Assembly: GCA_964383505.1 (NCBI GenBank) | Contig: CAYLHB010000002.1 | Span: 1 to 61,811, forward strand | Source: an uncultured Candidatus Saccharibacteria bacterium | Lineage (GTDB): Bacteria > Patescibacteriota > Minisyncoccia > Phycocordibacterales > UBA12088 | Reading direction: 5' to 3' | DNA: 61,811 nt | In this document: positions 1 through 9,476 of the stretch, piece after piece | Numbering within the stretch: the first letter of the stretch is position 1 | Layout: every line of letters starts with the position of its first letter | The notes under the pieces: model-generated | Databases searched by the model: none | What the model was told of the DNA's origin: nothing | The model's input: only the letters and a program-made list of their open reading frames with translations | Program-made: the position numbers and the translations under genes

Positions 1-135
1 TCCCCATATTAGCGTATAACGCTCAGAATGAGTGTCTTACGTTTGGGGTACCTTTTAGCGGCGAGCCTGTTTTTCCTCACCTTTCCGCGCTTCATGCGGC
101 GGAATTCGTGGGCAAAAAGCCCGAAAGTCAAATTT

Positions 136-210
136 TGGTGACCCTACCGGGATTCGAACCCGGATTACCGCCGTGAGAGGGCGATGTCCTAACCATTAGA
201 CGATAGGGCC
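136..210 (-). tRNA. tRNA-Glu (anticodon CUC), CCA encoded
   Basis: Minus strand reads GGCCCTATCGTCTAATGGTTAGGACATCGCCCTCTCACGGCGGTAATCCGGGTTCGAATCCCGGTAGGGTCACCA. It has a 7-bp acceptor stem, anticodon stem TCGCC/GGCGG with loop CTCTCAC, and a canonical T-arm. Confidence 0.9.
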
Positions 211-257
211 GATTTTATGTTATCTACTATACCTCGCTTTTCAAACCACGCCAGTTG

Positions 258-623
258 CACATCGCCCTCTACGAGGGCTTATCCTATCACCTGTCTCGCA
301 AGCTCGACAACGGTGATTTCCTCGCTCTGCTCGGAACCAGATGAAAAGCAACGCAGGTTGCTTTTCATTCCAATATCCATAAACGACTGGGCCGTGGCTA
401 CAGTGCTCTACGATACAACAAAAATCTGCAAAATACGACCCCTAGGACATCGCCCTTTCAGGCTTATCCTATCGCCTCGTACCTTCGGCACATGGGCGAT
501 TCCCTCGCTTGCTCGGGACCGGATGAAAAGCAACGCAGGTTGCTTTTCATTCCAATGCCCATTAGACGACAGGGCCGTGTGGCTACAGTGCTCTACAATA
601 CAACAAAAATCTGCACAATGCAC
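258..623 (-). repeat. Two tandem ~188-bp units of a structured, tRNA-Glu-related element (possible small RNA genes)
   Basis: ATCGCCCT recurs at 261 and 449 (period 188). Each unit (minus strand) starts GGCCC(T/A)GTCGT..TGG like the tRNA-Glu 5' end. Each carries the invariant hairpin ATGAAAAGCAAC-CTGC-GTTGCTTTTCAT and helices with compensatory changes (ATCGCC/GGCGAT vs ATCACC/GGTGAT). Confidence 0.6.
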
Positions 624-671
624 TTTTCGTGCATATGTCCGTGTGAGGATGACATGCTCGTTTCGTCTCTA

Positions 672-711
672 CAATAAAAAAGTACCGTGCGACAGTCTTC
701 CGTCGCACGGC
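672..711 (-). terminator. Intrinsic terminator after the GcrA-like gene
   Basis: Minus strand has CCGTGCGAC-GGAAGACT-GTCGCACGG (9-bp stem) followed by TACTTTTTTATTG, immediately after the TAG stop at 711-713. Confidence 0.75.
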
Positions 712-1139
712 TACTTGCTTGTTATCCTACTTTTCCCTTGCTTTACCGCTTTTTTCACTCCCGGCATCTTTACAAACACTCTAGAGTGGTGTTCTTTACA
801 ATATCTGCTACCAGGGAGTGTCGGAGCTCCGCACACCAAGCTTTCTTTAGATACAGGTGAGGTTGGAGACTCATCAATGAACCAACGACAACGATCAGGG
901 TGTTTTGCAACCTCAGCAAACGTCACGGCTTGCGAACCACGACCGTTTGCATCCGGTACGTTGCTCGCTCCCCAAGTAGACGTATTACTTCCAGTTGCAT
1001 TCCGTTGTAAGCGATACAATTTCCCATGCACGCCATCTAGGGTCGTTCCCAGTTTACGTGCAATCTCCTGCCTTGACACACCACTTCCGTTTAGTTCAAT
1101 CAGACGTTGGGTAATCTCAGGCGTCCACGCGAAACTCAT
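711..1139 (-). CDS. GcrA-like cell-cycle-regulator family protein (142 aa)
   Basis: The ATG at 1139 is preceded by AGAGGTG. The N-terminus WTPEITQRLIELNGSGVSRQEIARKLG...VHGKLYRL and the C-terminus CRW...P...CG...YC..HH match the GcrA pattern. The upstream part of the 243-aa ORF is Arg-rich and not protein-like. Confidence 0.7.
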   Translation of the reverse strand: MSFAWTPEITQRLIELNGSGVSRQEIARKLGTTLDGVHGKLYRLQRNATGSNTSTWGASNVPDANGRGSQAVTFAEVAKHPDRCRWFIDESPTSPVSKESLVCGAPTLPGSRYCKEHHSRVFVKMPGVKKAVKQGKSRITSK

Positions 1140-1200
1140 TTTGCACCTCTTTTTTTGTGGGCGAAAGAATGCTGGCAAGTAAGCCAGCATTCTTAAGTAC

Positions 1201-1461
1201 TTAGGTCGCGAGACGAAGGAGCCCTGCGGGAACCTCCTCGATGCGTCGAGGTCTGACACATACTCTCGCATATCCGGTAGTAATACACACGGACACGAGG
1301 TTGACTTTCTGATTTGTATCGATCCTATGCACATTCTCCCCGACACACTGTTGAAGCGAGCGTGCCGCTTCGATATTGTCGCGGTGTGCCCACTCATTCG
1401 CCGCCGCCGCGGTAGGTAGCCGTAGTGCGTGGATTTCATCAAACGTTAACTGTGAAGGCAT
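1201..1461 (-). CDS. Hypothetical protein (86 aa)
   Basis: ORF with a GGGGA Shine-Dalgarno-like sequence upstream of the ATG. I recognise no family. Confidence 0.35.
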   Translation of the reverse strand: MPSQLTFDEIHALRLPTAAAANEWAHRDNIEAARSLQQCVGENVHRIDTNQKVNLVSVCITTGYARVCVRPRRIEEVPAGLLRLAT

Positions 1462-1553
1462 GACATTTCCCCTATTATGGATAGAACTTGACCACCATCA
1501 CGCTACCCTAACTTCGGCACCCTTGTCAAGTGCCCGTAGGTGATGTACCACCA

Positions 1554-2843
1554 CTATCTCACCTCCCACTCCGTATCTTGGCGCACTAAAAGCTCTTTTT
1601 TACGCTCCGGTTCAGCCATGAGTGCCTCCACGACCCGTTCCATGCGCATACTCTGGCTTCCTTTGACAAGTACAATGTCGCCCTCGGTGAGAATTCCAGC
1701 CACGAGCATGGCCGCTTCCTTCGCGTCACCGCACTCGAAGATGGAACCTGCGGACATACCGTTTGCCCGCGCATGTGCGGCTGCCTCCCTCATGCGCACA
1801 CCGACCGCCACAAACACATGCACGCACTCCGCGGCCTTTGTCCCCACACGGCGGTGCTCTTCCACGGAAAAGTCGCCCAGCTCCATCATGTCACCCAATA
1901 CCGCAATCCTACTACCTTTTGTGATGAGTCCCTTGAGCGTATCGAGTGCCGCCTGTACCGCGATGGGTGAGGCGTTGTACGTGTCATCGATAAGCGTGGT
2001 GCGTGTGCGTCCGGGAATGAGCCGCATGCGGCCGGGACTGCGCTCAAGCGCGCTTAAAGGAGCCACCATGTCCGTGAGCACAAACCCCTCCGAGAGACCT
2101 ACCGCGAGCGCGGCAAGCGCCGGATAGACCTGATGCGTCCCAAGAACACCATGAATGGGGAGCGAGATGCGCTCATTTTGAAAGCGTACCACGATTTCCA
2201 TTCCCACCGGCGCACCATCTTCGTAGCGCACCTCACAGGACTCCGCACGAACATCGGCATGCTCGGAGAGCCCGTACGAAAGCTTGCGCTGTCCCTCTCG
2301 CGTCGGCTCCGCATACACTTCAGCGTCATCCGCGTTTACTATGAGAGTACCGTCCCCCCGAAGCGCCCTCCTAAGCTCACGCTTTTCCTCAAGCACCGCA
2401 TCACGCGACCCGAAAAACTCCACGTGCACGGGCACCTCGGGAAACCTCGTAAGAACCGCGATATCAGGGCGTACCCACCTGCAGAGCGACTGGATATCCT
2501 TGGGGCGATCCGCCCCTATCTCAAGCACGAGCCATTCCGGGTAGGGGGTTTTAAACACAAGGTGGAGCGCGCCGTCGAGTATGTTGACGAGCCACCCACG
2601 CACGCTTAGCCACGCATTTGGCAAACCGAGCACCGTGAGTGGCACTCCCACCTCGCTGTTGAAGCTCTTCTCACTCTTACGTGCAGTGGCTTTACTCGCA
2701 AGCACCGCATGAATCGCGTCTTTGGTGGATGTTTTACCCACCGAGCCGGTCACCCCCACCACCTTCGGGCGGTATTTTCGGAGCGCTATACTTGCCTCGA
2801 AGGTAAGCACAGCGACCACAACTTTTTTGAAAAGATGCTTCAT
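1554..2843 (-). CDS. murF: UDP-N-acetylmuramoyl-tripeptide--D-alanyl-D-alanine ligase (MurF)
   Basis: Mur-ligase P-loop GVTGSVGKTSTKD. It follows the PBP gene in a dcw cluster. The start at MKHLFKK (2843) is preferred; the ORF extends to 2894. Confidence 0.85.
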   Translation of the reverse strand: MKHLFKKVVVAVLTFEASIALRKYRPKVVGVTGSVGKTSTKDAIHAVLASKATARKSEKSFNSEVGVPLTVLGLPNAWLSVRGWLVNILDGALHLVFKTPYPEWLVLEIGADRPKDIQSLCRWVRPDIAVLTRFPEVPVHVEFFGSRDAVLEEKRELRRALRGDGTLIVNADDAEVYAEPTREGQRKLSYGLSEHADVRAESCEVRYEDGAPVGMEIVVRFQNERISLPIHGVLGTHQVYPALAALAVGLSEGFVLTDMVAPLSALERSPGRMRLIPGRTRTTLIDDTYNASPIAVQAALDTLKGLITKGSRIAVLGDMMELGDFSVEEHRRVGTKAAECVHVFVAVGVRMREAAAHARANGMSAGSIFECGDAKEAAMLVAGILTEGDIVLVKGSQSMRMERVVEALMAEPERKKELLVRQDTEWEVR

Positions 2844-2914
2844 GCGCCCTGTATCGTACCTCCACGTTAGGTCTGCCACAAGGAAGCGGAACAATTCTGT
2901 TTCGCCACCTCACG

Positions 2915-4633
2915 CTATCGGTCGGGCGGTATCTGGTAGTGGTTGATGAGGTACTCCACGATGTCCATGAATGGGGTGGTGAGCGTCTCGGACGCATACT
3001 TCGCCCCCTGTGGCTCCACGTGGTAGAGAAACACGATGTACTTCGGCTCGTACGCGGGGAAGTACCCGAAGAACGAGTGAAGGTACCTGTCATCATAGTA
3101 CCCGCGCGCATCGTCCCTCGCTATTTGCGCGGTGCCCGTTTTCGCCGCGATGGTGTAGCGCTCGTTTTTTACCGTTCCTCCTCGAAGGGATTTATCCACC
3201 ACCTCAACGAGCATGCGGGTAATCGCCTCACTCGTAGCTGGAGAAATCGCTTGCTCGGTGTCATCGTAGGTCACCTCCTCAGTGGCACCCGACTCGTACT
3301 CCACCGCGCGCACAAGGTGGGGTGTTACCAACCTGCCCCCGTTTCCAAGTGCCGCGAGAGCCCGCACGGTTTCGATAGGCGTGAGCGCGATACCTTGCCC
3401 GAATGAGGCGGTGACGTACTCAACCATCCTCGGGCTCTCGAGGTTGTCCACGAGCCCGTGCGACTCGTTCGGGAGGTCTATACCCGTCTCTTCGCCGATG
3501 CCAAACTTTTTAAGTCGCTCGCCAAACTCCTGTGCTCCTACAGTGCGCACCACAAACGCCATACCGGTGTTGAGCGACTGCCCGAGCACCTCTTGCATGG
3601 AGACGGTACCGCGCCCGCGCCCGTCGTAGTTTCGTATCGTGTAGCCGTCCACCTCCACCGCACCCGCGTCATGGTAGGTTGTGCTTGGCGCAACGGCACC
3701 CGTATCAAGCCCGATTGCCATACCTATCGGCTTAATGATGGAGCCCATTTCACGCACCTCCTCCACAAGAGGATTGCCGAATACCGCCACATCTTCAACG
3801 TCTTCCGTGTTGCCCGGATCAAAGTTTGGGAGCATCGCCATACCCCTCACCTCACCCGTGCTTGGGTCCATAATGATGCCGCCTACCTGTCGCGCGTCCC
3901 ACTCCTTCTTAACCTTGGCAAGCGTATCTTCTAAAAAAAGCTGGACAGACGGATCAATGGTGGTCACAAGGTTTCCCGCACGCACCCGCTCCTTCTCGAA
4001 GAGTGTTTCCTCGATGTTGCCGAACACCTCGGCAAAAAAATTGACCGAGAGGTTTTTCTCTTCGCGTCGAAGCACATCATCGTAGTAACGCTCCAACCCG
4101 TAGCGTCCCACCACGTCCGTTTCCCCCTCGCGGTACCCCACGAGCCCGAGCGCGTGGGCCGCAAGCGTTCCTCCCGGGTAGATGCGCCACTGTTCGCGGT
4201 ACACCCCTACCCCGGGAAGCTCGAGCGCATCAATCTTCTCTCCCGCCTCTTGCGACACGTGGTGCGCCACCTCTTCGTAGGGGTCCTCCTTTTTTGACAC
4301 GCGTGACATGAAGAACTCACGCGCTATGGGAGTATGGGCCGAGAGGCGCTCATACGTCATCTCTTCATTCACTATTTCACCAGGCTTTATCGCCACCAAA
4401 AACCCGCTCTCAACCGAGGCGCCCGACACCTTAGCACCTTCACTGTCGGTGAAGTAGATTGACCCCCTGTCGAACAGCTGCTGGCTTGGACGCACGTACT
4501 GGTGGTCTGCAAGGAGCGCAAACTCCTCCCCATGGAGCACCTGCACGATGTAGAGGCGTCCCGCAAGAATGAGCGCCACCACCACAAACGCGCCGAGTAC
4601 GAGGTGTATACGACGTGCGTACGCCTCACGCAT
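2915..4633 (-). CDS. ftsI: Penicillin-binding protein 2/FtsI-type transpeptidase
   Basis: 572 aa with an N-terminal TM helix. It has SxxK (SIIKP), SxN (SLNTG) and KTG (KTGTA) motifs and sits in the dcw cluster. Confidence 0.85.
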   Translation of the reverse strand: MREAYARRIHLVLGAFVVVALILAGRLYIVQVLHGEEFALLADHQYVRPSQQLFDRGSIYFTDSEGAKVSGASVESGFLVAIKPGEIVNEEMTYERLSAHTPIAREFFMSRVSKKEDPYEEVAHHVSQEAGEKIDALELPGVGVYREQWRIYPGGTLAAHALGLVGYREGETDVVGRYGLERYYDDVLRREEKNLSVNFFAEVFGNIEETLFEKERVRAGNLVTTIDPSVQLFLEDTLAKVKKEWDARQVGGIIMDPSTGEVRGMAMLPNFDPGNTEDVEDVAVFGNPLVEEVREMGSIIKPIGMAIGLDTGAVAPSTTYHDAGAVEVDGYTIRNYDGRGRGTVSMQEVLGQSLNTGMAFVVRTVGAQEFGERLKKFGIGEETGIDLPNESHGLVDNLESPRMVEYVTASFGQGIALTPIETVRALAALGNGGRLVTPHLVRAVEYESGATEEVTYDDTEQAISPATSEAITRMLVEVVDKSLRGGTVKNERYTIAAKTGTAQIARDDARGYYDDRYLHSFFGYFPAYEPKYIVFLYHVEPQGAKYASETLTTPFMDIVEYLINHYQIPPDR

Positions 4634-4634
4634 A

Positions 4635-4946
4635 CTAGCGCAACGTTACGGTAGCAGGTGCATCAAGCTGCACGTAGTCGGTCTTGGGAACGGGAACAAG
4701 CGCAAGCTCGGTCGCGCGTTCTTCTCGCAAGCTTTCGCGCGCATCGAGGTAGCTCGCTTCAAGCGCACTAATACGCGCGTTTCGCTCCCCCAGCTCGATG
4801 GAAAGCTCCTGGCGGAGCACGATGTGCACCACGGACATACTTATGAAATACATATAGAGCCCCGCCGCCCCCACAAGGAGAAGTGCGATGCCCCAAAATG
4901 CCGCCTTGCGGTAGTCATAGTGTTCAAAGTGTAGTTGGTACTTCAT
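4635..4946 (-). CDS. FtsL-like small bitopic cell-division protein
   Basis: 104 aa from MKYQLH, with one TM helix (AAFWGIALLLVGAAGLYMYFI) and then a helical tail. It lies between rsmH and the PBP gene, where ftsL normally sits. The longer 172-aa ORF overlaps rsmH. Confidence 0.55.
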   Translation of the reverse strand: MKYQLHFEHYDYRKAAFWGIALLLVGAAGLYMYFISMSVVHIVLRQELSIELGERNARISALEASYLDARESLREERATELALVPVPKTDYVQLDAPATVTLR

Positions 4947-5853
4947 GGTGTTTGAAAAGTATTCGTAATCGTGCGCTCCGTGCGCGCGGGTTGCGGGCAA
5001 CCTCCTCGGGCGAAGGGACAATCGGTTTTTTTTGCGTAGTCCCCACTCCTCCCTTCTCATACGCTCGAAATGCATGCTTGACCAAACGATCCTCAAGACT
5101 ATGGAACGAGATGATGGCGACGCGACCTCCGGGTGTAAGTAGCTCGGGCACATCCCCTAACAGCTGTTCGAGTGCGCCCAGCTCGTCGTTCACCGCAATG
5201 CGGAGCGCCTGAAACGTGCGGGTTGCGGGGTGCACCTTGCCTCTCCTGTGCACCGCTCGTTCTATCACATGTGCGAGCTGTGCACTTGTTTCAATGGGCA
5301 CCTCTTCGCGTGCGCGCACAATTGCTCGTGCGATACGCCGCGCCTGCCGTTCTCCCCCGAAACCGTAGATGACATCTGCGAGCGACTCCTCGCTCCACTC
5401 GTTGACCGCTTCTTTTGCGGTCACCTCGCCCATCTTCGTTTCTGCGGAGAGCGTCATGAGGAGCGGCTCATCGCGCTCAAACGAGAACCCCCTCCCGGAG
5501 CGCTCAAGCTGATCGCTCGAAAACCCAAGGTCGAGGAGTACCGCGTCTGCACGCACCCCGAGACCCGCGAGTGCAACTTTGAGCGTACGGTAGTTGCTCT
5601 CTTTAAAGACGATACGCGGAGGTACGTGAGCGAGTCTTTTTTCCGCGCGCGTAAGCGCATCGCGGTCCCTGTCCATGCCTATAAACAGAGACCCTTTCGC
5701 CATCATGCGCGCGAGCGCTTCGGCGTGTCCCGCACCCCCAAGCGTGCCATCAACTACTACCTGTGCATAGGCAACGTCGAGTGAAGCAAGCACTTCTTGT
5801 AAAAGAACCGGCGTGTGTATCGTCTCTGTGAGCGAATGAGTGGTGCGCACCAT
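4924..5853 (-). CDS. rsmH: 16S rRNA (cytosine1402-N4)-methyltransferase RsmH
   Basis: HTPVLLQEVL and VDGTLGGAGHA motifs; directly downstream of mraZ. Confidence 0.9.
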   Translation of the reverse strand: MVRTTHSLTETIHTPVLLQEVLASLDVAYAQVVVDGTLGGAGHAEALARMMAKGSLFIGMDRDRDALTRAEKRLAHVPPRIVFKESNYRTLKVALAGLGVRADAVLLDLGFSSDQLERSGRGFSFERDEPLLMTLSAETKMGEVTAKEAVNEWSEESLADVIYGFGGERQARRIARAIVRAREEVPIETSAQLAHVIERAVHRRGKVHPATRTFQALRIAVNDELGALEQLLGDVPELLTPGGRVAIISFHSLEDRLVKHAFRAYEKGGVGTTQKKPIVPSPEEVARNPRARSARLRILFKHHEVPTTL

Positions 5854-5857
5854 GGTA

Positions 5858-6292
5858 CTAGAGCACTCCTATTTGACCGAGCTTCTCGGCAACCGCATCA
5901 GCGCGGGATGCCACTTCGTTTCTGTATGCGTCCCACGCTTCTTCATTCCAAAGCTCCACACGGTCGTTCACCCCTATGAGGACCGCGCGATTGACCAGGT
6001 GTGCGTGCGCGGCCAAGTACTCGGGAATGAGCACCCGACCAAGCGCGTCCACCTCAAGGTCCGCTGCACCTGAAAACAGGAAGCGACCGAATGCGCGCGA
6101 GTCAGACTGGCCCATGGAGAGTTGTTCGAGTTTTTCCACAACACGTCTCCACTCGTCTCGGGAAAACACAAACAGACACCCATCGAGCCCGTGCGTCATC
6201 ACAAGGTAACGCCCCAGTGCGGCACGAAACTTCGCTGGCAGAGCTATACGCCGTTTGTCATCGAGCACGTGGCGGTATTCGCCAATGAGCAT
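5858..6292 (-). CDS. mraZ: Transcriptional regulator MraZ
   Basis: MLIGEYRHVLDDKRRIALPAKFR plus a second DxxxR-type half. The ATG at 6292 is preferred over the ORF start at 6346. Confidence 0.85.
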   Translation of the reverse strand: MLIGEYRHVLDDKRRIALPAKFRAALGRYLVMTHGLDGCLFVFSRDEWRRVVEKLEQLSMGQSDSRAFGRFLFSGAADLEVDALGRVLIPEYLAAHAHLVNRAVLIGVNDRVELWNEEAWDAYRNEVASRADAVAEKLGQIGVL

Positions 6293-6448
6293 GACGGTGC
6301 GTGGCGCAGATGTACCTCCTTTTTCAGATTTCCCACTTCTTACCACTTGACTACCACTCTATACCACCACACCCCATTTTTCCAGTGAGTTTTCCACACC
6401 TTGCTCCGCAACGCTTGCATTCTCTCGGTACGAGCATAGTATCGAACT

Positions 6449-8002
6449 ATGACGCAAGAATCGGCACAAGCACAAGCCGGCTCCGCGGATGAGCTCATCA
6501 GCTACCTCGACCACCCCACGTCGGCGGACATTGAGCTCGTACGCTCTGCATACGCGTTTGCGCGCGAGGTACACGAGGGCCACACACGGCTCTCCGGCGA
6601 GCCCTACTTCAACCACCTCTACGCGACCGCGCTCGCACTCGCGGAGTTTGGTATGGGACCTCGCACGGTGAGTGCCGGTCTCCTCCATGACTGTATTGAA
6701 GACAGGGGAGTATCCGAGGAGGAACTCAATACACGTTTTGGGCCGGAGGTGCTCTTTCTCGTGAAGGGGGTGACCAAACTGGGTACCTTGAAGTACCGCG
6801 GGGCGCAGAGACACGTGGAGTCGCTCCGCAGACTGTTTGTAGCCACCTCGCAGGACATACGTGTACTCATCATCAAGCTCATGGACCGACTCCACAACAT
6901 GAAAACGCTCGCGCATGTGCCTGCGGAAAAACGCACCCGCATCGCGTCAGAGACCCTGGAAATCTACGCGCCACTCGCTGATAGGCTTGGTATGGGCACT
7001 GTGAAGCGCGACCTTGAGGACCTCGCGTTTCCTCACCTCTTTCCCAAAGAGTATGCGACCACGGTAGAGCTCATGAAGCAGAAGAAGCAGGCGAAGGAGC
7101 CTTACCTTGAGGATGTGGTGGTCAAACTTAAGAAAGAGCTTGTCGCGCAGGGCATACGAAACTTCCGCACCGACTACAGGCGAAAGGGGTACTACTCGCT
7201 CTATAAAAAGCTCGAACGTAAAGAGGGTGACATTGAAAAAATTTTCGACATTATGGCGATTCGCGTTATTGTGCCCGGCATAGAGGACTGCTACCGCGTG
7301 CTCGGCGTGGTGCACAGCACGTGGCGGCCCCTGCCCGGCAAAGTGAAGGACTATATCGCGCTCCCAAAGCCAAACGGGTACCGCTCTATTCACACCACCG
7401 TCTTCACGAACGAAGCGGGGCCAATAGAAATCCAGATCAGGAGCGAAGAGATGCACCGCGAAGCCCAGTTTGGTGTCGCATCGCACCTCTCGTACAAGGA
7501 GGTGCAGCGAGGCGACCGAGGTGTAGATAGGAGAAACAAACTTTGGTACCGCTACCTCATCCCTTCCCTCCTCCACACACGACGCAGTGAGGAGAGTAAA
7601 GGTGCGCAAACGATACCTCGGTGGGTCACCGAACTTGCGGAGGCGCATGGCTCCATCAAGGAGGGCGACGACCAGTCCTTCCTTGAAGAGCTCAAAGATG
7701 ACTTTTTCAGCCATCGCGTGTTTGTGTTTACCCCAAAAGGCGATGTGGTCGACCTCCCGCTCGACTCAAGCCCCATCGACTTCGCCTACGCGATTCACAG
7801 CGACATCGGCGACCACATGAGTGGCGCAAAGGTGAATGGCAAGCTTGCGTCGCTCGATACTGCGCTTAAAAACGGCGACATTGTAGAAATCGAGGTGAAA
7901 CCCTCGAGCAAACCTTCGAAAAAGTGGCTCGAGCATGCGAAAACAAGCATGGCGCGCAAACATATTCAAAACGCGCTCCAACGAAATGAGCGCGTGAAGT
8001 AA
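6449..8002 (+). CDS. rel: Bifunctional (p)ppGpp synthetase/hydrolase (RelA/SpoT homologue), no ACT domain
   Basis: HD hydrolase motifs (HEGHTR, LHDCIED), synthetase motif YRSIHTTV, and TGS domain FTPKGDVVDLP...AYAIHSDIG. Confidence 0.9.
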   Translation: MTQESAQAQAGSADELISYLDHPTSADIELVRSAYAFAREVHEGHTRLSGEPYFNHLYATALALAEFGMGPRTVSAGLLHDCIEDRGVSEEELNTRFGPEVLFLVKGVTKLGTLKYRGAQRHVESLRRLFVATSQDIRVLIIKLMDRLHNMKTLAHVPAEKRTRIASETLEIYAPLADRLGMGTVKRDLEDLAFPHLFPKEYATTVELMKQKKQAKEPYLEDVVVKLKKELVAQGIRNFRTDYRRKGYYSLYKKLERKEGDIEKIFDIMAIRVIVPGIEDCYRVLGVVHSTWRPLPGKVKDYIALPKPNGYRSIHTTVFTNEAGPIEIQIRSEEMHREAQFGVASHLSYKEVQRGDRGVDRRNKLWYRYLIPSLLHTRRSEESKGAQTIPRWVTELAEAHGSIKEGDDQSFLEELKDDFFSHRVFVFTPKGDVVDLPLDSSPIDFAYAIHSDIGDHMSGAKVNGKLASLDTALKNGDIVEIEVKPSSKPSKKWLEHAKTSMARKHIQNALQRNERVK

Positions 8003-8023
8003 CATATCCTCCTTGTGCCTAGC

Positions 8024-9373
8024 CTATATGGTGAAGTTTTTCACCGCGTAAAGATCTTCGTCGTCGCCCCGTTCGTCCTTTGATCGATCATCAAGAAGTG
8101 CCACCTCCTCCCGCAACACATCAGTTGGTGCAGTACTCTCTTCAGGAAGCGGACGAGTGCCCGGGACTACCCCCTCGCTTGTAACTTCTGAAGTAACATG
8201 AGCTAAGGGAACGAGCGTTTCGATACCTTCAAGACTCGCGGAAGTTCTATCCCCCACATCGCTACCTACCACGTCGCGCGCAATATCGCTCGGCACTTGT
8301 TCCGAGAACGGCGACACATCAACCGTATGAGTATCCACCTGCTCTACTGCTTCGGGCGATACGATGATGTCCGACCCCTCGATGTTCGCTTCTCCCGTGT
8401 CAGATTCATCCACCGTCGCGATTTCAAACGGGACGGTATCCGCGAGTATTTCGGCCACAGTATCCCCACGTTCTTCCTCCACTGCATTTTGATCACCCGC
8501 AAAGAGTTCACTCCCCAGCTCCGCCTCCTGCTCCATTTTGAGTGACGCGAGCAGTGCGCCGAGGTCCTCGGGCGAAAAGTAGCTGATAACAACACGACCA
8601 CCCACCGGGCGCGGCTCAATCTGTACCCTCGTCCCGAGGTGTTGGGTGAGCTGGCGCTCAAGCGCGAGAATTTCCGGGTCGATGCGGTACCGCTCGGTCA
8701 CCCTGTCCTGCGCAATCCTGCGCGCAACCGCCTCTGTCTCCCGCACCGTGAGCTTCTTGAGCACAATTTCCTCCGCGAGCGTACGCTGTTCATCTGGCTT
8801 ATTGGTGAGCATGAGGAGCGGCCTCGTGTGCCCCTCGGTGAGCTTGCCCTCTGCGACGTACACCTGCACGTGGTCGGGGAGCTGAAGGAGGCGCACCGTG
8901 TTGCTCACGTACTCACGGCTCCTCCCGAGCTTCTTGCCTATTTCTGTCAGTGTGAAATTGAACTCCTTGTTGAGACGGTCGAACGCTCGAGCGCGGTCTA
9001 TGGGATTCAGGTCCTCACGCTGGAGGTTTTCAATGATTGCGAGCTCAAGCTTGAGGAGGTCCGACTCCTCACCGCTACGAATGATAACGGGTATCTGCGC
9101 GAGCCCCGCGAGCTTACTCGCACGCAAACGGCGCTCACCCGCGATAAGCTCATACTCCACACGCAAACCCCCATCTTCAAGCGGTATCTCCTTCCTCGTC
9201 ACCGTGAGTGGCTGGAGAAGCCCATACATACGAATGCTGTCCGCGAGCTCTTGGAGCCGAAGCTGGTCAAACTCCCTCCTTGGCTGGTAGGGGTTGGGTT
9301 TGATGCGATCAAGCTCAACCCAAAAAATTGAATCGCGGATAACTTCCTGCTGGGACATGCGTGTGGTGACCAT
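8024..9373 (-). CDS. parB: Chromosome-partitioning protein ParB with a long acidic C-terminal extension
   Basis: IKPNPYQPRREF and GERRLRASKLAGL ParB-box motifs. The ATG at 9373 is preceded by GAGG. The rest of the 618-aa ORF overlaps tRNA-Leu and miaA and is rejected. Confidence 0.85.
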   Translation of the reverse strand: MVTTRMSQQEVIRDSIFWVELDRIKPNPYQPRREFDQLRLQELADSIRMYGLLQPLTVTRKEIPLEDGGLRVEYELIAGERRLRASKLAGLAQIPVIIRSGEESDLLKLELAIIENLQREDLNPIDRARAFDRLNKEFNFTLTEIGKKLGRSREYVSNTVRLLQLPDHVQVYVAEGKLTEGHTRPLLMLTNKPDEQRTLAEEIVLKKLTVRETEAVARRIAQDRVTERYRIDPEILALERQLTQHLGTRVQIEPRPVGGRVVISYFSPEDLGALLASLKMEQEAELGSELFAGDQNAVEEERGDTVAEILADTVPFEIATVDESDTGEANIEGSDIIVSPEAVEQVDTHTVDVSPFSEQVPSDIARDVVGSDVGDRTSASLEGIETLVPLAHVTSEVTSEGVVPGTRPLPEESTAPTDVLREEVALLDDRSKDERGDDEDLYAVKNFTI

Positions 9374-9476
9374 AGGGCAAACCTCGCACCGCTGTGCGAG
9401 AAAGACCCCAGATGGTTTGTAGTATACCCCCGATTGCCCTGCAGGCAAAGTGCGGTACACTGTGCATTGCCCCTTT

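Noticed and set aside
258-623. Tandem repeats as a possible CRISPR array or intron-containing tRNA genes
   Set aside because: There are only two units of 188 bp, with no short repeat/spacer alternation. The units lack a T-arm and an acceptor 3' strand, so they are neither CRISPR nor tRNA.
217-1182. 321-aa plus-strand ORF covering the tandem repeats and the antisense strand of the GcrA-like gene
   Set aside because: The sequence is Cys/Ser/Arg-rich and not protein-like. It spans non-coding repeats and lies antisense to a gene with a clear RBS, family match and terminator.
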